Shown here piece after piece: positions 20,295 to 27,570 of a DNA stretch of 64,000 nucleotides; the first letter of the stretch is position 1; each line of letters starts with the position of its first letter. A program made the position numbers and the translations under genes. Under the pieces are notes generated by a model. The model did not search any database. It saw only the letters and a list, made by a program, of their open reading frames with translations, and was not told the DNA's origin. This DNA is from Gammaproteobacteria bacterium (GTDB lineage Bacteria > Pseudomonadota > Gammaproteobacteria > CBDBNL01 > G965229495), in NCBI GenBank assembly GCA_965229495.1, contig OZ245880.1, positions 2,357,211-2,421,210 of the forward strand, given 5' to 3'.

Positions 20295-21900
20295 CCCGGG
20301 AGCGCGAGCCCTGGGAGCGCGACCGTCTCGGTCGCCGTGTAAAAAGCGCCGCAAGGCCATCATTTAGGCAAATCCGCTCCTACCAGCAGCGCAGCTAACT
20401 TGTAGCACCCCCCTTACCCTCGACATCGCGGAGCACCGCCCAGGCGGAGCGCCGACTTGCAGTCGGCAGGAGACGAGCTTTGCTCGCCTCCCCACCACTC
20501 CCCTCACACAAGCAGCGAATAAAGCCAATAGCACACGGCCCCCTGGGACCACGCCCACCCCACCCACCGCATAAAAAGCGCCGCAGGCCATCCCTCCGCC
20601 AAATAAGCTTCTCCTAGCAGCGCAGCTAACTTGGAGCACACCCTTGCCCTCAACATCGCGGAGCGCCGCCCAGGCGGAGCGCCGACTTGCAGTCGGCAGG
20701 AGACGCCCGCATGGGCGTCTCCCAAAAAGCACGATGCCCCCTAGTAGCACGGTGCCCTGGGAGCGCGACCGTCTCGGTCGCCGCATAAAAAGCGAGCGCG
20801 CCAGCGCTCAACCTTCGGGCAAATAAGCTTCCCCTAGCAGCGCAGCTAACTTGGAGCACCAACTTGCTTGGAGCACCCCCTTGCCCTCGACATCGCGGAG
20901 CGCGCCCAGGCGGAGCGCCGAGTTGTACTCGGCAGGAGGCGAGCTTGCGAGCCTCCCCACCACTCCCCTCACACAAGCAGCGAATAAAGCCAATAGCACG
21001 GTGCCCCCTAGCACCACGACCATCCCACCCACCGCATAAAAAGCGAGCGCGCCAGCGCTCAACCTTCGGGCAAATAAGCTTCTCCTAGCAGCGCAGCTAA
21101 CTTGGAGCACACCCTTGCCCTCAACATCGCGGAGCGCCGCCCAGGCGGAGCGCCGACTTGCAGTCGGCAGGAGACGCCCGCATGGGCGTCTCCCAAAAAA
21201 GCACGATGCCCCTAGGAGCACCCCCTTGCCCTCGACATCGCGGAGCGCCGCCCAGGCGGAGCGCCGAGTTGTACTCGGCAGGAGGCGAGCTTTGCTCGCC
21301 TCCCCACCACTCCCCTCACACAAGCAGCGAATAAAGCCAATAGCACACGGCCCCCTGGGAGCGCGACCATCCCACCCACCGCATAAAAAGCCCCGCAGGC
21401 CATCCCTCCGCCAAATAAGCTTCTCCTAGCAGCGCAGCTAACTTGGATCACCAACTTGCTTGGAGCACCCCCTTGCCCTCGACATCGCGGAGCGCCGCCC
21501 AGGCGGAGCGCCGAGTTGTACTCGGCTGGAGGCGAGCTTTGCTCGCCTCCCCACCACTCCCCTCACACAAGCAGCGAATAAAGCCAATAGCACGGCCCCC
21601 TAGCACCCCACCCACCCCACCCACCGCCTAAAAAGCACAGCGCCCAACCTCCGCCCAACCAAGCACCCCTCAGCAGCGATTTCCTGGGAGCGCGAGCGTC
21701 TCGCTCGCCGCATAAAAAGCGCCGCAAGGCCATCATTTAGGCAAATTCGCTCCTACCAGCAGTATTTACAGCTATTGAGGTAAAGCCAGGTGAAATAAAC
21801 CCAAAGCACAACATACCCAAGCAGGGCAGGGCACCCCCTAGCACCACGCCCACCCCACCCACCGTATAAAAAGTGAACCCGCAGGGTTCGGATCCAGCCA
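20295..21900. repeat. REP/BIME-like modular repeat array (cluster 1) in the convergent gap between ORF1 and prmC
   Basis: There are about 8 units of variable length (roughly 90-345 nt), each delimited by the marker ATAAAAAGCG. Their modules: H1 CTGGGAGCGCGASCGTCTCGSTCGCCG; H2 GCCGASTTGYASTCGGC (6 copies here); H3 GGAGACGCCCGCATGGGCGTCTCC or GGAGGCGAGCTTTGCTCGCCTCC; the box CACACAAGCAGCGAATAAAGCCAATAGCAC; and the tract CCCACCCCACCCACC. All units have the same orientation. Confidence 0.85.
21866..21889 (-). terminator. Putative intrinsic terminator of prmC (minus strand)
   Basis: The minus strand reads GAACCC-TGC-GGGTTC followed by ACTTTTTAT, about 38 nt after the prmC stop codon. Confidence 0.6.
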
Positions 21901-21926
21901 CGACCCCACCAACTCCCATCCAACAC

Positions 21927-22973
21927 CTACCACCTATCCCCCCACCACCCCCAACTCACCCTCTCCAGCCCCGCCCAATCGAGCTCGGTCTGCACGCCAG
22001 CATAGCCACCCCTACCCAGCTCCCCCCGCACCGCCGCCCCCTGCCCGCAGCCATGCTCCAGCGCCAGCAGCCCTCCCGGTACCAGATAATCTCTGCTCTG
22101 ACAAATAATCTCACGCAAATCCCCCATCCCCTCTTCACCCATCCCCCCTTCACCCATCCCCCTAGCCACACCCCCAGCCATCGCTATCCCATCGCCACCC
22201 ACACCCCCCGCCACCCCCACACCCCCAAACAACCCCAAACCCCCAGCAACCCCCGCCACCAACGCCCCCCTTGGCTCATAACCCAGCCGCGCCAAATGCG
22301 GATCGTCAGCAGCCAGATAAGGCGGATTAGCAACAATCGCATCGTACTTTTCATACCTTCCACCCCCACAACTACCCCCAAAACCATCCCCACAACCATC
22401 TCGATCCCCACAACCATCCTCAAAACCACCACCAAAACCCACACCACCAAAACCACCATCCCTAAAACCAAACCCCCTCAACCAATCACCCTCCACCCAC
22501 CGCACCTCCAGCCCCAGCTGCCGCCCATTCGCGCGCGCCACCGCCAGCGCCGCCGGGCTAATATCAGTCGCCGTCAACTGCCAGCGCGGCCTTTCCGAAG
22601 CCAAAGCCAACGCAATCGCTCCCGACCCGCAGCCCAAATCGATAACCTTTATACCATCCTCATCCGGCAGCAAACGCAAACACAGCTCCACCAACAGCTC
22701 GCTCTCCGGCCGCGGAATCAGCACATTCTCATCCACCCGCAACTCCAGCGACCAAAACTCCTTCCGCCCCAGAATATAAGCCACCGGCTCCCCACCCAAC
22801 CGCCGCCGCCAATAACCTTGAAAAGCCTGCCATTGCTCGCTCGTCGGCGCATACTCGCAATGCGCCAGCAACCAGGCACGGCTCCGCTGCAAAACCTCGC
22901 ACCAGAGCAGCTCCCAATCCAGCAGCAAATCTCGCGGACATTGCTCCCGACTAGCTTGCAGCGTCAGCATCAT
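21927..22973 (-). CDS. prmC: Peptide chain release factor N5-glutamine methyltransferase (PrmC/HemK), carrying two atypical Gly-rich insertions
   Basis: The SAM-binding motif VIDLGCGSGAIALALA is present. The NPPY catalytic motif (IVANPPYL) lies at nt 22317-22328. PrmC-like flanking sequence includes GEPVAYILGRKEFWSLEL, ENVLIPRPESE and YEPRGAL. At 348 aa the protein is long for this family because of the insertions at 22356-22478 and 22122-22253. Confidence 0.85.
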   Translation of the reverse strand: MMLTLQASREQCPRDLLLDWELLWCEVLQRSRAWLLAHCEYAPTSEQWQAFQGYWRRRLGGEPVAYILGRKEFWSLELRVDENVLIPRPESELLVELCLRLLPDEDGIKVIDLGCGSGAIALALASERPRWQLTATDISPAALAVARANGRQLGLEVRWVEGDWLRGFGFRDGGFGGVGFGGGFEDGCGDRDGCGDGFGGSCGGGRYEKYDAIVANPPYLAADDPHLARLGYEPRGALVAGVAGGLGLFGGVGVAGGVGGDGIAMAGGVARGMGEGGMGEEGMGDLREIICQSRDYLVPGGLLALEHGCGQGAAVRGELGRGGYAGVQTELDWAGLERVSWGWWGDRW

Positions 22974-23290
22974 CTAATTTCCCAAACTTCTTGACGGTCC
23001 AAAACACAAGCCACCAGCTCCCCAGCCAACGACCCCCCTCATCCAACATCTCCCCAGCCAACCGCCGCCGCCAATACCCCTGAAAAGCCTGCCATTGCTC
23101 GCTCGTCGGCGCATACTCGCAATGCGCCAGCAACCAGGCACGGCTCCGCTGCAAAACCTCGCACCAGAGCAGCTCCCAATCCAGCAGCAAATCTCGCGGG
23201 CATTGCTCCCGACTAGCTTGCAGCGTCAGCATCATCTAATTTCCCAAACTTCTTCCGGCCCAAAACACAAGCCACCGGTTCCCCATCCAA
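22770..23290. repeat. Direct tandem repeat with a 262-nt period covering the prmC 5' end
   Basis: CCCAAACTTCTT ends at 22992 and again at 23254. CTAGCTTGCAGCGTCAGCATCATCTAATTTCCC occurs at 22951 and 23213. A partial third copy (CCAAAACACAAGCCACCGGTTCCCCA) follows at about 23255-23290. Confidence 0.85.
22951..23235 (-). pseudogene. Duplicated 5' fragment of prmC: start codon plus about 58 identical codons, then divergent sequence
   Basis: The 94-aa ORF begins MMLTLQASREQCPRDLLLDWELLWCEVLQRSRAWLLAHCEYAPTSEQWQAFQGYWRRRL, identical to the PrmC N-terminus. It then diverges and ends overlapping the real prmC start. Confidence 0.7.
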
Positions 23291-23462
23291 AGGCTCTCCA
23301 TCCAAAGGTTCTCCATCCAACGACCCCACCCACCATCTCTCCACAACCACCACAACCACTGAACCCCCAGCCAACCACAACCACCCACCACAACCACCAC
23401 ACCACCACCAAACCACTAAACCCCCAGCCATCCAAACCATCCAAACCATCCAAAAACCATTC
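23262..23462. repeat. G-depleted C/A-rich low-complexity tract with short tandem repeats
   Basis: TCCATCCAAAGGYTC occurs about 2.5 times and CCATCCAAA 3 times, alongside CCACAACCACCAC-type runs. There is almost no G on the + strand. Confidence 0.8.
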
Positions 23463-23504
23463 ATAGCATTCACCAGCTTTTAGAGCTGCAACGCCCCTAG
23501 TCTA

Positions 23505-23513
23505 TGTTAGAAT
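23505..23513 (+). promoter_or_regulatory. Candidate extended -10 promoter (TGtTAGAAT) for the aapJ-like gene
   Basis: TGTTAGAAT matches the extended -10 pattern TGnTATAAT and lies 64 nt upstream of the ATG. A CTACCC-GCGA-GGGTAG hairpin at 23522-23537 lies in the presumed leader. A GGAG Shine-Dalgarno sequence is at 23567-23570. Confidence 0.35.
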
Positions 23514-23576
23514 TTAATAAGCTACCCGCGAGGGTAGTAATTTAATCCACAATTAACAATTTCACTGGAGAAAACC

Positions 23577-24593
23577 ATGAAAAAAATAATAGCTTTATGC
23601 TCGTCCGCGAGCGTATTGTTCTTCGCCTCGCTGCTTTCCGCGGCCACTCTTGACGACGTCAAATCCCGCGACCAGCTAATTTGCCTCGTCAATGTCGGCG
23701 TACCCGCTTGGGCGTTCACCGATTCCAGCGGCAAATGGCAAGGCTTCGACGTCGACTTCTGCCGCGCCACCGCCGCTGCCGTACTGGGCGACCCTGACAA
23801 AGTCAAATTCGTCACCACCACTGGTAAGACCCGCTTCACCCAGCTAGCCTCCGCTGAGGGCGACGTACTTTATCGCAACACCACTTGGACCATGACTCGC
23901 GACGTCGACCTCGGTCTCAACTTCGCTGGCGTCAACTACTATGACGGCCAAGGCTTCATGGTACCCAAGAGCTTAGGCGTCTCCTCCGCGCACGAACTCG
24001 ACGGCGCCTCGGTCTGCATCCAAACCGGCACCACCACCGAGCTCAACCTGGCTGACTTCTTCCGCAATAACAGCATGAGCTACGAGCCCATCACCGTAGA
24101 GAGCGAAGACGAATCCACAGCCAACTACAACGCTGGCCGCTGCGACGTCTACACCACTGACGCCTCCGCGCTCGCCGCCGTGCGCTCCAAGCTCCCCGAT
24201 CCCAAAGCGCACATCATCCTGCCCGAAATCGTCTCCAAAGAGCCCCTCGGCCCAGCCGTGCGCCAAGGCGACGACCAATGGATGGACATCGTGCGTTGGG
24301 TACTCAATGGCCTATTGCTAGCCGAAGAATATGGCGTAACTCAAGCTAACGTCGCCGCCCTTGCCCGTGGTGATAACAATCCCGACATCAACCGCCTGCT
24401 CGGCATCGAAGGCAACTTCGGCGAGCAGCTTGGTCTCGATAGCCAATGGATGGTACGCGCCATTTCCGCCCGTGGTAACTACGGCGAAATCTTCGATAGA
24501 AATATCGGCCCCAATACCCCAGTCGGCCTCGAGCGTGGCTTGAACGCGCTGTACACCGACGGTGGCATCCAATACGCACCGCCCATTCGCTAA
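23577..24593 (+). CDS. aapJ: General L-amino-acid ABC transporter periplasmic substrate-binding protein (AapJ/BztA family)
   Basis: It has a signal peptide (MKKIIALCSSASVLFFASLLSA). Family-typical blocks are present: GFDVDFCRA, NTTWT..RD, GVNYYDGQGFMV, CIQTGTTTELNLADFF, GRCDVYTTD, ILPEIVSKEPLGPAVRQGDDQW, and the C-terminal GGIQYAPPIR, recalled from Rhizobium AapJ. A GGAG RBS lies 6 nt upstream. Confidence 0.85.
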   Translation: MKKIIALCSSASVLFFASLLSAATLDDVKSRDQLICLVNVGVPAWAFTDSSGKWQGFDVDFCRATAAAVLGDPDKVKFVTTTGKTRFTQLASAEGDVLYRNTTWTMTRDVDLGLNFAGVNYYDGQGFMVPKSLGVSSAHELDGASVCIQTGTTTELNLADFFRNNSMSYEPITVESEDESTANYNAGRCDVYTTDASALAAVRSKLPDPKAHIILPEIVSKEPLGPAVRQGDDQWMDIVRWVLNGLLLAEEYGVTQANVAALARGDNNPDINRLLGIEGNFGEQLGLDSQWMVRAISARGNYGEIFDRNIGPNTPVGLERGLNALYTDGGIQYAPPIR

Positions 24594-24666
24594 GCCCGAA
24601 TTGGCACATCCTGCGACCTTAGGAGCTCGGCATCAGCTAAGCACCTAATCTCAGGACAAACGCAAA

Positions 24667-24698
24667 GGCGGGCGCCCTCCAAGACGCCCGCCTTTTTT
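24667..24698 (+). terminator. Rho-independent terminator after aapJ
   Basis: The stem is GGCGGGCG (24667-24674) paired with CGCCCGCC (24685-24692), followed by TTTTTT (24693-24698). Confidence 0.8.
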
Positions 24699-24744
24699 AT
24701 TGCCCATCCCAACCCAGCCTCGCACAACCACAAAAGCCCACGCC

Positions 24745-26034
24745 ATGACCACCGCCGACACCTCAGCCGACACCACCGCCGAACTCGACGAGCAAATCAG
24801 CGCCCTAAGCACACGCGCGAGATTGGCGGCGCAGCAAACATCCGCGCTCACCGGCTACGATAAATCCGTAATCCTCGCCAACATCGCCTCCTCGCTGGAG
24901 CGCAACAAAAGCGCCATCATCGCCGCCAATGCCCAGGACGTCGAAGCCGCCCAAGCCCAGGGCATGTCCAGCGCCCTGATCGACCGCCTACAAGTCAACG
25001 ACAGCACCATCAAAGGCATCGTCAACTCCATCAACGCCGTACGCGCGCTCCCCGACCCCATCGGCGTCATCAGCGATCTGAAATATATGCCGAGCTCGAT
25101 CCAGGTCGGCAAAATGCGCGTACCCATCGGCGTCGTCGGCGTCATCTACGAATCGCGCCCCAACGTCACCGTCGACAGCGCCGTCCTCAACATCAAAGCC
25201 GGCAACGCTGCCATCCTCCGCGGCGGCCGCGACGCCGCGCACAGCAACGCTCTCCTGCTCGAACTACTCCGCACCGAGCTGCAGAATTACGGCGTCGACC
25301 CCAATTGCCTGCAAGCGCCACCGTCCATGGAGCACGACTTCATCTGGCGCATGTTAGCGCAGCCCGCCAACCTCGACCTCGTCATCCCGCGCGGCGGCCG
25401 CGCCCTAATCGAATCCGTACTCGAGCATTCGCGCGTCCCCGTACTCAAGCACCTCGACGGCAATTGCCACATCTACGTCGACGCCCACGCCGACCCCTAC
25501 AAAGCCAGCGCCATAGTCATCAACGCCAAAACCCGCCGCTACGGCGTCTGCAATGCCATGGAAAGCCTGCTGATACACGCCGACGTCGTCGAGCAACTCT
25601 TTGAATTAATAATCGAACCCTTGCAACTTCAAGGCGTCGAACTCCGCGGTTGCCCGCGCACCTGCCGCTACCACGACAGCATCGTCGCCGCCAGCGAAGA
25701 CGACTACTACAGCGAATACCTCGCGCCCATCCTCTCCATAAAAATCGTCAATAGCGCCGACGAAGCCATTGAGCACATCAACCACTACGGCTCGCACCAC
25801 ACCGACGCCATCGTCACCGAAAGCTACAGCAACGGCCGCAACTTCCTGCGCTTCGTCGACTCCAGCTCCGTGCTTTGGAACGCCTCCACCGCCTTCGCCG
25901 ACGGCGCCGAATTCGGGCTCGGCGCCGAGATCGGCATATCTACCGACAAACTCCACGCCCGCGGCCCCGTAGGCCTGGACGGCTTGACCTCGGAGAAATA
26001 CGTCGTCCTCGGCAACGGCGAAATTCGCTCCTAG
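24745..26034 (+). CDS. proA: Gamma-glutamyl phosphate reductase (glutamate-5-semialdehyde dehydrogenase)
   Basis: ProA-typical blocks are present: RVPIGVVGVIYESRPNVTVD, GNAAILRGG, LVIPRGG, CNAMESLL, HTDAIVT, ASTAFADGAEFGLGAEIGISTDKLHARGP. The ATG at 24745 is preferred over the track's TTG at 24700, which overlaps the aapJ terminator. Confidence 0.9.
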   Translation: MTTADTSADTTAELDEQISALSTRARLAAQQTSALTGYDKSVILANIASSLERNKSAIIAANAQDVEAAQAQGMSSALIDRLQVNDSTIKGIVNSINAVRALPDPIGVISDLKYMPSSIQVGKMRVPIGVVGVIYESRPNVTVDSAVLNIKAGNAAILRGGRDAAHSNALLLELLRTELQNYGVDPNCLQAPPSMEHDFIWRMLAQPANLDLVIPRGGRALIESVLEHSRVPVLKHLDGNCHIYVDAHADPYKASAIVINAKTRRYGVCNAMESLLIHADVVEQLFELIIEPLQLQGVELRGCPRTCRYHDSIVAASEDDYYSEYLAPILSIKIVNSADEAIEHINHYGSHHTDAIVTESYSNGRNFLRFVDSSSVLWNASTAFADGAEFGLGAEIGISTDKLHARGPVGLDGLTSEKYVVLGNGEIRS

Positions 26035-26052
26035 CATTCTAAACTCGGATAT

Positions 26053-26685
26053 TTGCAAGATTCCCTGGTAATCTTCGGCGGCAGCTTCGACCCCCCGCAC
26101 ACAGGCCACCTGCGGCTAGCGCTAGAGCTGCACGCCCGCCAGCCGCGCTGCCGCATCGCCTTCGTGCCCTGCGCGCAGAATGCCTGCAAAGCCAGCGCCC
26201 CCAGCAGCGCCGAACACCGCCTCCACCTTCTGCGTCTGCTCCTGCAGCCGTACCCGCAATTCAGCCTGCTCGACCACGAACTCCGCTTGGGCGGCATCAG
26301 CTCCACCGTGCGCAGCCTCCAAGCCTTGCGCCGCCAGCACGGCGCCGAACTCCCCATCCTGCTGCTCATGGGCGTCGACAGCTACAACTCCTTACCCCAA
26401 TGGCGCCGCGTCCAAGAACTACCCCAGCTCTGCAGCCTGCTCGTCGCCAACCGCCCGGGGCATCAGCGCGCCTCATTGCCCGCCGCAATCGCTAGCTGGC
26501 AAACCGCCGAACTCGCCACCGCCCTCAGCGCTAGCAGCGGTTATATTTGTTGGCTACAATTACCCGAAGTCGACATCTCGTCGAGCGCGCTACGCCACCT
26601 ACTCGCCCAAGGCCTCGACACCAGCGCCTGGCTCGCGCCAGCACTACAAGCATACATTAAGGAGCAAGGTCTTTATGGCCAATGA
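26053..26685 (+). CDS. nadD: Nicotinate-nucleotide adenylyltransferase
   Basis: The N-terminal motif IFGGSFDPPHTGHL is present, together with ISSS..R and the C-terminal YIKEQGLY, which resembles E. coli NadD. The start is a TTG 6 codons before IFGG and is less certain. Confidence 0.85.
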   Translation: MQDSLVIFGGSFDPPHTGHLRLALELHARQPRCRIAFVPCAQNACKASAPSSAEHRLHLLRLLLQPYPQFSLLDHELRLGGISSTVRSLQALRRQHGAELPILLLMGVDSYNSLPQWRRVQELPQLCSLLVANRPGHQRASLPAAIASWQTAELATALSASSGYICWLQLPEVDISSSALRHLLAQGLDTSAWLAPALQAYIKEQGLYGQ

Positions 26686-27103
26686 AGCCGAAGCACTCTT
26701 GAGCAGCATCACCCAGGTCTTAACCGACCTCAAAGCCCAAAACATCAGCACCTACCGCGTCGAGCGCATCACCAGTTGGTTCGACGCCATGATCATCGTC
26801 GGCGCCAGCTCCAAAAGGCAAGCCCAAGCCCTGGCAGAAAACACCATAGCCCGCCTGCGCGACCAAGGCGTGCGCGTTTACAGCGTCGAAGGCCTGGATA
26901 GCGGCGAATGGATACTGCTCGACTTCGCCAGCGTCATCGTCCACATCATGCAGCCCGAAGCCCGCGAACTCTACCGCCTCGAGCAACTCTGGCTGCCGCA
27001 ATTCGGCAGCAGCCCCAGCGAATTCGCCGAAGCCGAAGCCACCGACCCCGCGCTCGCCTCGGCAAATAATCAGAGCCAGGGCAGAGCAGGGCGGATAAGC
27101 TAA
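26675..27103 (+). CDS. rsfS: Ribosomal silencing factor RsfS (iojap family)
   Basis: It starts at the ATG at 26675, inside the track's ORF 26180..27103, preceded by AAGGAG at 26659-26664. The sequence ..FDAMIIVGASSKRQAQALAENT...VEGLDSGEWILLDFASVIVHIMQPEARELYRLEQLW is typical of RsfS. It overlaps the nadD 3' end by 11 nt. Confidence 0.85.
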   Translation: MANEAEALLSSITQVLTDLKAQNISTYRVERITSWFDAMIIVGASSKRQAQALAENTIARLRDQGVRVYSVEGLDSGEWILLDFASVIVHIMQPEARELYRLEQLWLPQFGSSPSEFAEAEATDPALASANNQSQGRAGRIS

Positions 27104-27570
27104 TGCAAATCAAACTAATCAGCGTCGGCGCCCGTAATCCCGAGTGGTTAGAAACTGGCATTAGCGAGTATTGCCAGCGCATCAAAGGCAACTGGCAATT
27201 CCAGCACCTGCGCCTGGCGCAAGTACGGCGCTCGCGCAACACCACCGCCGTCCAATGCCGCCTGCGCGAAGGCCGCAGCATCATCCAGGAACTCAGCACC
27301 GACGACTATCCCATACTGCTCGACGAACGCGGCACAATGCTCACCACCAACAAATGGTGCACCCAACTACAGAAAATCGCCAACAGCAGCAAACACCCAG
27401 CCTTCATCATCGGCGGCACCGACGGCGTCTCCGAAGACGTCCGCAAAAGCGCCGCCGCCACCTGGTCGCTATCCGGCCTCACCCTCGCGCACGGCCTCGC
27501 CCAACTCGTATTCGTAGAGCAACTCTACCGCACCTACACCCTCACCACCAACCACCCCTACCACCGCTAA
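27103..27570 (+). CDS. rlmH: 23S rRNA (pseudouridine1915-N3)-methyltransferase RlmH (SPOUT family)
   Basis: The protein is 155 aa, with MQIKLISVG...EY..RI and the C-terminal IIGGTDGVSEDV...WSLSGLTLAHGLAQLVFVEQLYRTYTLTTNHPYHR. Its ATG overlaps the rsfS TAA stop (TAATG). Confidence 0.9.
   Translation: MQIKLISVGARNPEWLETGISEYCQRIKGNWQFQHLRLAQVRRSRNTTAVQCRLREGRSIIQELSTDDYPILLDERGTMLTTNKWCTQLQKIANSSKHPAFIIGGTDGVSEDVRKSAAATWSLSGLTLAHGLAQLVFVEQLYRTYTLTTNHPYHR

Noticed and set aside
20364-21454. Multiple overlapping 60-171-aa ORFs on both strands in the ORF1-prmC gap, with similar ones at 27469-28596
   Set aside because: Their 'proteins' are repetitive (for example SAWAALRDVEGKGVL recurring) because they simply translate the REP modules. 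The frames differ between copies and the units carry indels, so this is not coding sequence.
20295-21900. Possible CRISPR array
   Set aside because: There is no constant-length direct repeat alternating with unique spacers. The units vary from roughly 90 to 345 nt, the 'spacers' are themselves shared modules, and the same modules occur at three other loci. No cas genes were seen.
20295-21900. Possible integron attC / cassette array (GCAGCTAAC-like inverse-core look-alikes)
   Set aside because: There are no cassette ORFs between the sites, no paired R''/R' core sites in the proper arrangement, and no intI gene in the window.
21873-22994. A 373-aa + strand ORF (Pro/Thr/His-rich) covering the whole prmC locus
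   Set aside because: It is the antisense frame of a gene with clear PrmC motifs. Its low-complexity Pro-rich sequence is the mirror image of the Gly-rich insertions. It has no recognisable motifs, and open antisense frames are common in GC-rich DNA.
24700-24744. TTG start at 24700 for proA
   Set aside because: It would begin inside the T-tract of the aapJ terminator and add a non-conserved Pro/Thr-rich extension. The ATG at 24745 matches the ProA N-terminal region better.
26180-26674. The 5' part of the 307-aa ORF 26180..27103
   Set aside because: It overlaps nadD in another frame and is Ala/Pro/Ser-rich junk. The RsfS homology starts at the ATG at 26675, which has a strong AAGGAG RBS.
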